A stretch of 64,000 nucleotides of DNA from a virus (lineage: Duplodnaviria > Caudoviricetes), in the IMG/VR virus record IMGVR_UViG_2786546892_000007, one strand, 5' to 3'. The notes under the pieces were generated by a model. It was given only the letters and a program-made list of their open reading frames with translations, ran no database searches and had not been told where the DNA came from. Positions 22,874-33,127 of the stretch are shown here, in pieces. How positions within the stretch are numbered: position 1 is the stretch's first letter; each line of letters begins with the position of its first letter. A program made the position numbers and the translations under genes.

Positions 22874-23577
22874 CGGATTACGCTCCTCCTTCGCGAAACC
22901 CGGCCGACAACGACACGCTGACTGGGCTGTTGAAGCTGGTCCTGACCAAGGCCCTGCAAAACACCGCCGACATGCTCCCGGCCCAGGTCATCGCCTACGA
23001 CCGCACCTCGAACCGCGCCCAGGTACAACCGTTGATCGCGGTCGTCACCACGGCCAACCAGGTCGTGCAACGGGCGCAAGTCGCATCCGTCCCGGTCTTC
23101 CAGTACGGCGGCGGCGGGTTCGTCCTCAGTTTCCCCGTGATGACCGGGGATACGGGGTGGATCAAGGCCAACGACCGCGACATTTCACTATTCAAGCAGA
23201 CGACCGCTGCCTCATCGCCGAACACCGCCCGGCTACACGACTTCGCCGACGCCATGTTCTTCCCCGACACCCTCCTGAACGGCGTCACGATCGCAACCGA
23301 GGACGCGGCCAACGCCGTCCTCCAGAACTTCGCCGGGACGGTCAAGGTGGCACTGTGGAGCGACCTGATCAAAATCCTGGCCCCCAAAGGAGTCGGCATC
23401 AACGGCACGCCGGACGCGAATGCGATTCTCGACCTGCAAAGCACGACGCAGGCGTTCCTGCCGCCGCGGATGACCACGGTGGAGAAACTCGCCATCCCGT
23501 CGCCGAAAATTGGCATGACAGTCTACGACACGACTGAACTGGGGCTTTCCACCTACAACGGCAGCGCCTGGAGTTGA
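22870..23577 (+). CDS. Central spike (Gp138 N-terminal type)
   Basis: LPAQVIAYD..RAQVQP, GDTG....DRDIS, RLHDFADA. Confidence 0.85.
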   Translation: MTDYAPPSRNPADNDTLTGLLKLVLTKALQNTADMLPAQVIAYDRTSNRAQVQPLIAVVTTANQVVQRAQVASVPVFQYGGGGFVLSFPVMTGDTGWIKANDRDISLFKQTTAASSPNTARLHDFADAMFFPDTLLNGVTIATEDAANAVLQNFAGTVKVALWSDLIKILAPKGVGINGTPDANAILDLQSTTQAFLPPRMTTVEKLAIPSPKIGMTVYDTTELGLSTYNGSAWS

Positions 23578-23578
23578 C

Positions 23579-23926
23579 ATGGTCCAAACATTCGGCACGA
23601 ACGGCGCAGGAGATATTTACTTGGGAGCCGACGGCAACCTCGCCGTCCTCTCCGGAATTCAGGCGATCGCGGGAGCCTGCGTCACCGCCTGCCGCACCCA
23701 ACTCGGCGAGTGCGTCCTCCAGACCGGGGTCGGCCTGCCCAACTTCCAGACGGTGTGGGTCGGTGTCCCCGACTACGCTCTGTGGCAGTCCTACTTGCAA
23801 AACACCCTGCTCGCTGTCGAGGGGGTCACGGCGGTGCAGTCGGTCAACTTGACCGCACTGGACAACGTGCTGCGCTTCACGGCGGAGATTCAAACGATTT
23901 ACGGGAGCACGGTCGTCAATGGCTGA
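23579..23926 (+). CDS. Baseplate wedge (gp25/gp46-like)
   Basis: LGEC....G.P, VEGVTAV, IQTIYG. Confidence 0.78.
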   Translation: MVQTFGTNGAGDIYLGADGNLAVLSGIQAIAGACVTACRTQLGECVLQTGVGLPNFQTVWVGVPDYALWQSYLQNTLLAVEGVTAVQSVNLTALDNVLRFTAEIQTIYGSTVVNG

Positions 23927-25118
23927 TTACGAGTACATCGAGCCGACCGGCGTCGTCGTGCCCGACACGTCCGGCCTCCTGACCGATGTCCAGTCCGAGT
24001 ACCAAGCCGTGTTCGGGGCGGACCTCGTTGTCACCCCGGATACCCCTCAAGGGGTCTTGATCACCGCCGAAACGCTCGCCCGGACCGAAGTCGTCGCCAA
24101 CAACGCGGCGCTGTCGAATCAAATTAACCCGAACGTCGCCGGGGGCGTGTTTCTCGACGCCCTCATGGCGCTCACGGGCATGCAGCGGACCGTCGCGACA
24201 CCAACCGTCGTGTCCAACGTCACTCTCTCCGGGGTGTCGGGAACCGTCATCCCCGCCGGATCGCTGGCCGCCACATCTGCGGGCGACCAATTCCAGTCTG
24301 TGTCGACGGTCACTCTGAACAGCGGCGGAACAGCGACCGTCAACTTCCAATCCGTCGCCACCGGCCCGATTCCCTGCGCGGGGTCGGCACTCACGACCAT
24401 CGTCTCCGCTGTCCTCGGCTGGGAAACGGTGACCAATAATCCCTCGGGAACCCCCGCCTCCGCCACTACCCTCGGGACCGTCACCCAGTCCGACCAGGCC
24501 GCGCGGGCGCTGCGACAAAACACCCTCGCCTTCCAAGGGGTTTCGCTGGCCGAGGCCATTACCTCGGCCCTGTACAACGTCCAGGGAGTGACGAGCCTGA
24601 CCTTCCAGGAGAACGTCGCGGCCACCACTCAGACGATCAACGGCATCTCGATGGTCGGGCACTCGATCTACGCTTGTATCGAGGGCGGGACGGACACCGC
24701 GGTCGCAGCCGCCCTGCTGGAGAACAAAAGCTCCGGGTGCGCGTGGAACGGGGGCACTTCGGTCAGCGTCGTCGAGCCGGCCAGCGGTCAGTCGTACACC
24801 GTCCTGTTCGACCGCCCGACGCAAATCGGCATTCTCATCAAGGTCACGACCACCAACGGCAACGAGGCGAACATCATCCAGGCGATCCTGGATTACGCGG
24901 CCGGGAATATTAACGGGTTGGCCGGGTTCGTCGTCGGGGCCGATGTCTCGCCGTTCGAGATCGCGGGTGCGATCATGAGCGAGTTCCCGGGGTATTACAT
25001 CAGCCAGGTCGAGATTAGCCTTGTTAGCCCGGTCAGTTACACCACCAGCGTCATCGCCATCGGGGTCAACGCAATCGCCCAGACGCAGGCCTCGTACATC
25101 AGCGTGATCATTGCGTAG
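23919..25118 (+). CDS. Baseplate J-like protein
   Basis: PDTPQGVLI, GTVIPAGS, VLGWETVTN, HSIYACIEGG. Confidence 0.9.
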   Translation: MADYEYIEPTGVVVPDTSGLLTDVQSEYQAVFGADLVVTPDTPQGVLITAETLARTEVVANNAALSNQINPNVAGGVFLDALMALTGMQRTVATPTVVSNVTLSGVSGTVIPAGSLAATSAGDQFQSVSTVTLNSGGTATVNFQSVATGPIPCAGSALTTIVSAVLGWETVTNNPSGTPASATTLGTVTQSDQAARALRQNTLAFQGVSLAEAITSALYNVQGVTSLTFQENVAATTQTINGISMVGHSIYACIEGGTDTAVAAALLENKSSGCAWNGGTSVSVVEPASGQSYTVLFDRPTQIGILIKVTTTNGNEANIIQAILDYAAGNINGLAGFVVGADVSPFEIAGAIMSEFPGYYISQVEISLVSPVSYTTSVIAIGVNAIAQTQASYISVIIA

Positions 25119-25123
25119 GGGAT

Positions 25124-25795
25124 ATGTCGCTCACAAATGACGAGGACACCGGAGCAATCCAGCAGTTCGATTTCTCGGTCGACCTCCTGCGGGCGATTCT
25201 GTGGCAGTACACAACCGCCACCAATCTCCAGGGGCTGCTCAATCAGAAGGCCGCCTGGTACGACACTAACCAGACGCAGTTCTGGGAAGACTGGTACACG
25301 AACGTCTTCGACCTCGCGACCGCGAACGACTTCGGCCTGAGCGTCTGGTCGATCATTCTTGGCCTTCCGCTATTCGTCAACACCGGCACGCCCACAGGCC
25401 CGGTCTTCGGGTTCGATGCCCAGACCGGGAACAACTTCGACAACGGCATCTTCGGCGGGAGTACGAGCTACGACCTGCCCACCGAGACCAAGCGGATCGC
25501 CCTGCAACTGCGGTACTTCCAGCTGACGAGCAGCGGAACCGTGCCGGAGACCAACCGGATGCTCAAGTACGTCTTCCGGAACTTCGGGCAGGCGTGGCTG
25601 ATTGACTACCACGACATGGCCCAGGCCTACGTGTTCAATTTCCCGGTCACGTTCGATCTGGAGTACCTGTTCAACAACTACGACGTTCTGCCCCGCCCGG
25701 CGGGCGTTCAGTCCACCTGGATCGACGCCACGATGCTCTACTTCGGCTTTGCGACCGGAGACTTTAACTTCGACAACGGAATTTTTGGAGGCTAA
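25124..25795 (+). CDS. Baseplate protein DUF2612
   Basis: ILWQY, FDLATANDFGLSVWSIILG, LPRPAGV. Confidence 0.88.
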   Translation: MSLTNDEDTGAIQQFDFSVDLLRAILWQYTTATNLQGLLNQKAAWYDTNQTQFWEDWYTNVFDLATANDFGLSVWSIILGLPLFVNTGTPTGPVFGFDAQTGNNFDNGIFGGSTSYDLPTETKRIALQLRYFQLTSSGTVPETNRMLKYVFRNFGQAWLIDYHDMAQAYVFNFPVTFDLEYLFNNYDVLPRPAGVQSTWIDATMLYFGFATGDFNFDNGIFGG

Positions 25796-25798
25796 CGC

Positions 25799-27262
25799 AT
25801 GCCCATCAACGGCTATTTCGACACCCCGTTCGCCGTCGGCGGCGACCTCAATACCATCCCCGACGCCACCCAACCCAGCGGGACAGTCAGTTACGAGCAG
25901 GGCTTCCCGGTCGGGTACAGTACGCCGGTCTCTTCGGGCGGGTTCAACGTCCCCCGAACGGCGATCAACCAGGCGCTGAACGATATCACCACGGCGATTC
26001 AGGCCTATCAGCAATTCGGCACGCCCCCCTTTATCACGACCACCATGAACGGCGGCACCCCATTCTCCTACGGGCAATACGCCCGCGTGGTGAACGCCGG
26101 CGTCGTCTACCAGTCACTGGTCGGCTCGAACACCGATACCCCGCCCTCCGCGAAGTGGGTCGTCGTCAACCCCGTGACTCAAATCCAAACCACTCAGACG
26201 ATCACCGGTACGTCGCACACGTTCGCGACCGGCGATAGCGGGTATCTCACGCTCCGGTCCAACTCCGGGACGTTGATGACCGACACCCTGCCGGGCACCA
26301 GCCCCGGCGTTCTGAGCCAGGGATGGAGCGCTATCGCCGAGAATAATGACGCCTCCGCCCTCTACGCCTTCTCCGTCGGCAGCGGGGCCGACCTCAACGG
26401 CAGCAGCACTGGCACCATCATCCTCGGCCCCGGCCAGCGCTGCTCGATTTTCTCCGACGGGTCGAATTACTGGACGAAGGATTTGCCCAGCCGAACCCGG
26501 CTCGGTGCCAATACGACCTTCTACGTCTCAACGACCGGCAGTGATGCCAACACCGGCCTGGCTTCCGGCACCCCGTGGGCGACGATCCAGCACGCGATCA
26601 ACTTCGTCGCCAACAATCTCGACCTCGGCGGGTTCGGTGCTACGATCTCGGTCGCCGACGGCACCTACACCGGCGGCGTTTCCGTGAGCCTTCCCTTCGT
26701 GGGCAGCACCAACGTGACCCTCCAGGGCAACACGACTACGCCGACGAACTGCATCCTTTCGACCTCCGGGGATTGCATTGCCGTGATCAAAGGGGCGATC
26801 TTGAACGTGACCGGGTTCAAGACCACGTCCAGCGGCGGCAACTGCATCTCGGCCTCGGGGGGCGGAATCGTCACCGTGGGCGCGGAGATGAATTTCGGGT
26901 CGGCGGCCTCCGGGTCGGCCCACCTCAATGCGTTCGACGGCGGCCGCATCTTCTGCTCGGACGGAGCCTACACCGTCTCGGGAGGGGCGAGTTGGCACTG
27001 GATCGCGATCCGCACGTCGCAAGTCTTCATCAACTCCTCCCTGACGGTCACCCTCTCCGGGACGCCCGCATTCGCGGCCGCCTTCGCACAGTCCTCCGAC
27101 AACAGCTCGATTTACTGCGCGAGTCTGACCTTCTCGGGCTCCGCGACGGGCGTCCGTTACGTGGCCAACGCCAACGGCACCATCGACACCAACGGCGGCG
27201 GGGCGACCTATCTCCCCGGCAATTCGGCCGGCACCACCGCCAACGGCGGTCAATACATCTGA
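25799..27262 (+). CDS. Tail fibre/spike with beta-helix-like C-terminus
   Basis: PFAVGGD...VSYEQGF anchor; FYVSTTGSDANTG...PWATIQHA...DGTY. Confidence 0.85.
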   Translation: MPINGYFDTPFAVGGDLNTIPDATQPSGTVSYEQGFPVGYSTPVSSGGFNVPRTAINQALNDITTAIQAYQQFGTPPFITTTMNGGTPFSYGQYARVVNAGVVYQSLVGSNTDTPPSAKWVVVNPVTQIQTTQTITGTSHTFATGDSGYLTLRSNSGTLMTDTLPGTSPGVLSQGWSAIAENNDASALYAFSVGSGADLNGSSTGTIILGPGQRCSIFSDGSNYWTKDLPSRTRLGANTTFYVSTTGSDANTGLASGTPWATIQHAINFVANNLDLGGFGATISVADGTYTGGVSVSLPFVGSTNVTLQGNTTTPTNCILSTSGDCIAVIKGAILNVTGFKTTSSGGNCISASGGGIVTVGAEMNFGSAASGSAHLNAFDGGRIFCSDGAYTVSGGASWHWIAIRTSQVFINSSLTVTLSGTPAFAAAFAQSSDNSSIYCASLTFSGSATGVRYVANANGTIDTNGGGATYLPGNSAGTTANGGQYI

Positions 27263-27327
27263 CGGCCGTCACCGAGACCATCACCCCGTTCTGCACTCAG
27301 TAACCCATCCACCGAAAGGACTCGCCC

Positions 27328-27756
27328 ATGACCGGCACCAACCCGACTTTCGCAGGAGACCTCCTGGCTCTGATCTTCAACGCCACCACCATCGCCAACA
27401 TCGCGATCAACGCCACCTCGTCCCCGATCACGAACGTGTACGTCTCGCTGCACACGGCCGACCCCACGAGCGGCACCCAGGCTACCAGCGAGGCGGCGTA
27501 CACCAGCTACGCCCGCGTCGGCGTCGCCCGCACGTCCGGCGGGTGGACGGTCAGCACGAATACGGTGGTCCCGGTCGCCACGATCAGCTTCCCGGCCGCC
27601 ACCGGCGGGAGCGAGACCGAATCGTACGCCGGCCTCGGCCAGTCCGCCAGCGGGGCCACCTTGTTGTTCTTCGCGGGGTCGATTTCGCCAACAATTTCAG
27701 TGAGTAACGGGGTCACGCCCCAACTTTCTACTTCGTCGCAATTGACTCTTTCGTAG
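27328..27756 (+). CDS. Phage fibre/structural protein
   Basis: YVSLHTADP...EAAYTSYARV...ISFPAATG family motif. Confidence 0.75.
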   Translation: MTGTNPTFAGDLLALIFNATTIANIAINATSSPITNVYVSLHTADPTSGTQATSEAAYTSYARVGVARTSGGWTVSTNTVVPVATISFPAATGGSETESYAGLGQSASGATLLFFAGSISPTISVSNGVTPQLSTSSQLTLS

Positions 27757-27830
27757 GCAACATATTATTGCTTGTGGCCTTACGCCTATTGTAGTATATC
27801 TGCCAATCTAATTGGAGCAGATTACGGTAT

Positions 27831-28628
27831 ATGGTTGACAGGTCGAGATATATTAAGCAGACCGACGAGGAAATCGTCACGGCGTATCAAACTCTGAAAT
27901 CTGCGGCCAAGGTTGCCAAGCATTTCGGGATTGGCGGGACAACTGTCGAGCGAATACTCAAGCGGAATAAAGTGACGCGCGATGGCAGGTCGCATTACCT
28001 TACTACCGTCCGTGCCTACACCCCCGAACAAGAATTCGAAATCGTCGCCAAGTACAGGAACGGCACTTGGGCTTCTGACCTGATTAAGGAATACGGCGGA
28101 AGCGCGTACTCAATCAATCAGGCGATAGATCGACATGGGGTTACGAAGCGACCAAACCCCTACCCCGATTTGACTTCTGACCAACTCGAAACGATCAAAC
28201 GCCTTCACGCAGACGGCATGGGGCAAACTCAAATATCCATCGAAATCAGACGCTCACAAACCTTCGTGAGCCATGCCATGAAGAAGCACGGGATAGCTCC
28301 CCACCGCCCTATGAACTACACGCACGGCATGTGGAAAGGAGGTAAGCTCCAGTCGGGCAAATATTTCGCCGTCCTGCTGGACCGGAATGACCCGTACTAT
28401 GCGATGGCTCGGTCGGGTGGTTACGTCATGGAACACCGAATCGTCATGGCGCGCCACCTCGGTCGCCCACTAACACCCACGGAAACGGTCCACCACATCA
28501 ACGGCGACTCGACTGACAACCGGATCGAAAACCTGCAACTCCGGCAAGGGAGGCACGGCAAAGGGGCCGTCGCCTACTGCGTCGATTGTGGTTCACACAA
28601 CATCGATCACAAGCCATTACCAGAATAA
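27831..28628 (+). CDS. HNH homing endonuclease with N-terminal HTH repeats
   Basis: WKGG, GYVMEHRIVMARHLGRPL..ETVHHINGDSTDNRIENL. Confidence 0.9.
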   Translation: MVDRSRYIKQTDEEIVTAYQTLKSAAKVAKHFGIGGTTVERILKRNKVTRDGRSHYLTTVRAYTPEQEFEIVAKYRNGTWASDLIKEYGGSAYSINQAIDRHGVTKRPNPYPDLTSDQLETIKRLHADGMGQTQISIEIRRSQTFVSHAMKKHGIAPHRPMNYTHGMWKGGKLQSGKYFAVLLDRNDPYYAMARSGGYVMEHRIVMARHLGRPLTPTETVHHINGDSTDNRIENLQLRQGRHGKGAVAYCVDCGSHNIDHKPLPE

Positions 28629-28657
28629 CTAGCCACCCTCAAACTCAAGGAGCACCT

Positions 28658-28843
28658 ATGGACTTCGGACAAGCATTAGCGGCCGTGAAGGCCGGAGGAA
28701 AAGCCACCCGCCAGGAGTGGGCGGCCAACGGCGCCCACATCTTCCTGAACGAAGGGGCAATCCAATGGCAATCGAACGACCATCCCCCGCAGGTCTACCA
28801 CCCCAACGCCGGCGACATGCTGGCGGAAGACTGGCAGGCGTAG
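28658..28843 (+). CDS. DUF2829 / Tad2-like small protein
   Basis: MDFGQALAAVKAG.KATR..W...P...DMLAEDW; AAGGAG RBS. Confidence 0.75.
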   Translation: MDFGQALAAVKAGGKATRQEWAANGAHIFLNEGAIQWQSNDHPPQVYHPNAGDMLAEDWQA

Positions 28844-28844
28844 C

Positions 28845-29450
28845 ATGGTGACCGCGTACGTCTCCCTGCACACCGGCCGCCCCGACTCGCAGACCGATCA
28901 GGAAGTCTCCTACGAGGGTTACTCCCGCCTTCCAGTAGAGTTCTCCGACGACTTCGGGAACGTGAAACTGGACCTGTTCTTTCCGGCCGTTCTCAAGGAT
29001 TCCGGGCAAACGCTGAACTACATCGCCATCGGGGCTCACGAGCGGGGTCAAGGCGGACTCTTCATGCGCGTGCCCACCCTCCCGATGTTGCTCGACGCCG
29101 CGCCGCCCGAGCGACGCACCGAGCAATTCTGGATCGACAACGGCGTTCCGGCTCAGAACGCGGCCGACTACGTGCAAAAGCACGGCTCGTTCTGCCCTCA
29201 CGTCGTGATCTGCAACACCGACCCCGTTGTCCTCCCGAAGGACCTGCACCCGATCGCACGGGTCGCTCGCAAGCTGTTCGACGCGGGCATGCTGGATGCG
29301 GCCGTGCTCCCGCCGAAACTGTACGAGGCCATCAACGACGAACTCCAACGCGCCGGCGTACCCGTCATCCCGGTCACCCGCACCGCCACGGCCACCATGA
29401 CGGAATCGATCAGCAAGATGAAATCCCTTCGTGCGTACGGGGTGGAATGA
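28845..29450 (+). CDS. Hypothetical protein, N-terminus paralogous to 27328-27756
   Basis: YVSLHTGRP...EVSYEGYSRL. Confidence 0.65.
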   Translation: MVTAYVSLHTGRPDSQTDQEVSYEGYSRLPVEFSDDFGNVKLDLFFPAVLKDSGQTLNYIAIGAHERGQGGLFMRVPTLPMLLDAAPPERRTEQFWIDNGVPAQNAADYVQKHGSFCPHVVICNTDPVVLPKDLHPIARVARKLFDAGMLDAAVLPPKLYEAINDELQRAGVPVIPVTRTATATMTESISKMKSLRAYGVE

Positions 29451-29451
29451 G

Positions 29452-29937
29452 ATGGCCTCCTGCACCCTCTACACCTTCGATTCGACCGGCCACATCGGGG
29501 GCCGAAGCGGGGGCGTCATCGGCGCCCCGGTTCCCGCAGGCGGAATCCTCTCCGGGAACACTTTGACGACATCGCAGATGATCCCGGCCACCGTCACCGT
29601 GACCCAACCGGACGGGAGCACGTCGAGCTACGGCGCGGTCGTGGACAGCGGCTGGTCGTTCGTGTTGGACGCGAACGGGGCACCCACACACGACACCGAG
29701 GGGAACTTCGTGGTCGTCCCGCCCGCGTACGACCCCGGCAGGCCCAGTGTCGCAATCTACAATCTGCTGAGCGCCGTCAAGAGCGGCGTCCTCGACCCCA
29801 AAACCGACATCGATCCCGACACGATCAATGACGTGAACCGGTCACTCGCGGCCGCCGGTCTGCCGATCCTGCCCGGCACCACCCTGGTCCCCGCCCCCAC
29901 GTACACCGCCGTCAGCCAGCCGATCCCCAACGGGTAA
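29452..29937 (+). CDS. Hypothetical protein
   Basis: Tight operon spacing, phage-like codon bias. Confidence 0.6.
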   Translation: MASCTLYTFDSTGHIGGRSGGVIGAPVPAGGILSGNTLTTSQMIPATVTVTQPDGSTSSYGAVVDSGWSFVLDANGAPTHDTEGNFVVVPPAYDPGRPSVAIYNLLSAVKSGVLDPKTDIDPDTINDVNRSLAAAGLPILPGTTLVPAPTYTAVSQPIPNG

Positions 29938-29940
29938 CTC

Positions 29941-32328
29941 GTGACCGTCATCGCCTCGATCCAGCCGTTCTCGATCGCGATCGGGTCGGGCAGCACGTCG
30001 GCCACCGCGACGATCACGACCGTTAACACTTCGAACGCGGTGGTGTTTTTTCAGGGTTTCAACACCGCCTACACCAGTTTGTTGATCGAATTCGCCCTGG
30101 CGCGGGTGGCGCTCACAAATTCCACCACCGTCACCGCGACGATCAACAGCAGCGGGAACGCTTGCACGGTGTATGGGACCGTGGTCGAGTTCACGTCTGC
30201 GGCGATGGCGACATCGGTCCAAGCCGGCACCATCGCCCTGAGTTCGGTGGTGACCAGCGCGACCGCCACCATCAGCAGCGTCACGACCGCGGACGCGGCC
30301 GTGTTCTACCTGGGGCTTTCCGCATCCAGTTCCAGCTCCACCCAGGCGGATTACTGGACGACGCTGTCGCTCACCAACTCCACCACGGTCACGGCAGTAA
30401 AAGCCGCAGCGGGTGCGGCGATTACGGTGGGGTATGCGGTGGTGAATTTCGCCAGCGGACTAATTAACTCCGTTCAGCCGCGGTCGGTGACTTTAACGAC
30501 CGCGAACACCAGCGACACGGACACCATCACCAGCGTCGTGACCGCCAACGCGATGGTGGTGTATGGCGGCTGCCAGGCGAACAACAATTCCCCCAGCGCG
30601 TTTTGCTACATCCCGCAGATCACCGGCAGCACGACGGTCACGCTCACGCGCGGCGGAACCAGCACGGCTTCGCGCACCATGAATTACACCGTGGTCGAGT
30701 TCGCCAGCGGGGTGCTGAACAGCGTGCAGCGTGGCACGATTGCCATGCACAACGTGACCAGCAATACCGCCACCATCACGTCCGTCAGCACGTCCCACGC
30801 CGTCGCGAATCTGAACAACTTCTCCAGTTCGCTGACCAGTGTCACGTCGTCGGAGCAATTCCCGGCCCTGGCACTGACCAATGCGACCACCGTCACCGCG
30901 ACGGTTCAAGCCACCGCCAGCAGTATTACGGCAACCGCCGGGTACGAAGTCGTCGAATTCTCCAACGCCAGCCCCGCCGCCACATGGACCGCCTCGGCCC
31001 TCTTGGCCGCATCGGGTTCCAAACTGGTCAATTCCACCCTTACCCTCACCGCTGCCGCATCCTTCACCGCCAGGGGCGGAAGCCTGGCCACGCGCTCCGT
31101 CACCATCGCGTCGGCCGGGTCATTTTCACCCAAGGGCGTCGCAGTCAAGAAGGCGACGGCGACATGGGCCGGAATCGGAAGTTTTACCCCCAAGGGCGTC
31201 CCTCTCGCGAAGGGCATCGCCACCTGGGCCACTGGTGCCGTGTTCGCCGCCGTCGGTAGGGCGACCAAGAAATCCACCGCGACATGGTCATCCGCCGCAG
31301 CGTTCGCGGGAATCGGGCGTCCGCTCGCAAAAACAACCGCCACCTGGACCGTGCAGGCGACCCTTGCTGCCAACGGACGGCGAGTGATCAGTGCGGTGGC
31401 GACGTGGTTCGCGGCCGGCACGGCCGGTTTTACCGGGAAATCCACCGCCACGGCCATCGGCACCTGGTCGCCGCATGTCGCATTCTCTGCAGTGGGACGA
31501 TCGCTGGCTAAGACCACCTATTCCGTGTCTCCGGGCACGGTATTCAGTGCGGTCGGGCGACCCGTGGCGAACGCAATCGCCAGTTGGGCCTCGCACGCCT
31601 CCCTGGCGGCATCCGGTCTCGCGGTGCGGATCACCAGCTTTGCGATCACCGCCTTCAGCGTTTTATCCGTCCACCCGGCGGGAACGCACAAGGCGACATT
31701 CGCCGGCAGCACCACCTTCTCGGCCACGGGCAACGCACTCAAGGTTTCCGCCGCGACGTGGACCGCTTCCGCGAACCTCGCTGCGGTCGGCCACAGCCTC
31801 AAGACGGGAACCGCCATCATCACCCCGCACGCGACCCTGGCCGCGACGGGAGCGAAACAGGAGACCGGTACGGTCACGATCGGCGCGGCAGCAACTCTGG
31901 CAGCCTTCGGGACATCGCTCCGCAAAACCGTCCTTTCGATTACGGCCTCCTCAACAGTGTCCCCACGCGGCGGGGCGCTGGTGACGCGCGGGGCAACGTG
32001 GACCGCCTCCTCGGCGCTCGTCGCCGACAGTGCCGCGACCAGAACCGGGACTGTCGCCTTTACCCCCGACGCCGTGCTAACCGCCAGCGGGAGTGCGCGA
32101 AAAACCGCAGCCGTCACGGTCCACGCCCGCACGTCCCTCACCGCCGCCGGAGGCTCTCGCTTCTTAGGTGCCGTCCAGATCCTGGCCCGTGCCACGGTCG
32201 CATTCGCCCGGCTGTTCCCACCGACACCCTGCCGCCGCATCCTCGACCCGAGCCTGAATAACCGAACCCTCACCGCCCGGGGCTTGTTCCGCATCCTGAA
32301 ACCCAACTCGAACGGCCGCACCTTATGA
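29941..32328 (+). CDS. Ala/Thr/Ser-rich repetitive fibre/adhesin-like protein
   Basis: Four ~85-aa repeats ending VVEF/VVNF, then ~20-aa ATW..A.F.A.G periodic repeats. Confidence 0.75.
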   Translation: MTVIASIQPFSIAIGSGSTSATATITTVNTSNAVVFFQGFNTAYTSLLIEFALARVALTNSTTVTATINSSGNACTVYGTVVEFTSAAMATSVQAGTIALSSVVTSATATISSVTTADAAVFYLGLSASSSSSTQADYWTTLSLTNSTTVTAVKAAAGAAITVGYAVVNFASGLINSVQPRSVTLTTANTSDTDTITSVVTANAMVVYGGCQANNNSPSAFCYIPQITGSTTVTLTRGGTSTASRTMNYTVVEFASGVLNSVQRGTIAMHNVTSNTATITSVSTSHAVANLNNFSSSLTSVTSSEQFPALALTNATTVTATVQATASSITATAGYEVVEFSNASPAATWTASALLAASGSKLVNSTLTLTAAASFTARGGSLATRSVTIASAGSFSPKGVAVKKATATWAGIGSFTPKGVPLAKGIATWATGAVFAAVGRATKKSTATWSSAAAFAGIGRPLAKTTATWTVQATLAANGRRVISAVATWFAAGTAGFTGKSTATAIGTWSPHVAFSAVGRSLAKTTYSVSPGTVFSAVGRPVANAIASWASHASLAASGLAVRITSFAITAFSVLSVHPAGTHKATFAGSTTFSATGNALKVSAATWTASANLAAVGHSLKTGTAIITPHATLAATGAKQETGTVTIGAAATLAAFGTSLRKTVLSITASSTVSPRGGALVTRGATWTASSALVADSAATRTGTVAFTPDAVLTASGSARKTAAVTVHARTSLTAAGGSRFLGAVQILARATVAFARLFPPTPCRRILDPSLNNRTLTARGLFRILKPNSNGRTL

Positions 32329-32621
32329 ACCCCGATGTCGTCTTGCAGCAAACCCCCGCCGAGATCCTCGATTACACCATCGACTGGACGACCCGCGGCC
32401 TGGGCACGGATACCATCGCCACCAGTGTCTGGACCGTCTTCCCGACCGACATGAGCGCTGCGTCCCCCGCTCCGTCGTTCACAGGCACAACGACGACCGT
32501 GTGGCTTTCCCAAGGGACCGCGGGAACCTACTACGCCGTCACCAACACGATCACCACCGCCGGGGGCCGCGAGATGCAGGAGACGTTCGTCATCAACTGC
32601 GTCCCGCAGCGATTCATTTGA
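32325..32621 (+). CDS. Fibre adaptor-like protein
   Basis: LDYTIDW...DTIATSVW...TVWLS.GTAG..Y.VTNTITT.GGR. Confidence 0.7.
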   Translation: MNPDVVLQQTPAEILDYTIDWTTRGLGTDTIATSVWTVFPTDMSAASPAPSFTGTTTTVWLSQGTAGTYYAVTNTITTAGGREMQETFVINCVPQRFI

Positions 32622-32744
32622 CCCAAAGAATCCTTGCGGACACCGGTCGGTCGTGATTTACCCGCAATGAACCCGCAGGAGAGCCCTATGTCTACGAACC
32701 CCGAAGAACGCCCGCGCGGCGACGCCGTGAGCCGGTAAGTGCCG

Positions 32745-32957
32745 ATGGACCGAGAAACCGCCGAACGCCTCACCCGGGTAGAAATCCTCCTCGAAGACAC
32801 CAAGGCCGAGGTCAAGGTCCTGGAGGAGAAGCTGGAATACTACGACCGGCTGGCCCTCAAGTGGGGCGGGGCGTGCATGGGAGCGGTGGCACTGGGGGCT
32901 CTCATCAGCGGGCACTTCGACAAGATCTGTGAAAAATTATGGGCGTTCTTCCAATGA
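32745..32957 (+). CDS. Coiled-coil plus TM protein (holin-like)
   Basis: ERLTRVE coiled coil, one TM, upstream of endolysin. Confidence 0.55.
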   Translation: MDRETAERLTRVEILLEDTKAEVKVLEEKLEYYDRLALKWGGACMGAVALGALISGHFDKICEKLWAFFQ

Positions 32958-33127
32958 TCCGAAAACTTATGTACGCACAACTGTCCGTGTTTCTCTTCTA
33001 CGGGCTCGTGAGCGGGGCCGCAATCACCCTACTCATCCATTACAAGTGCCGGCAGGCCGAGGCGTCCGCGACGGCCGCCGTCCTCCTCCAGCTTTCACCC
33101 CGCGCCCTCAGCGAGGTGACGATATGA
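32954..33127 (+). CDS. Small membrane protein
   Basis: Hydrophobic; ATGA coupling. Confidence 0.45.
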   Translation: MIRKLMYAQLSVFLFYGLVSGAAITLLIHYKCRQAEASATAAVLLQLSPRALSEVTI

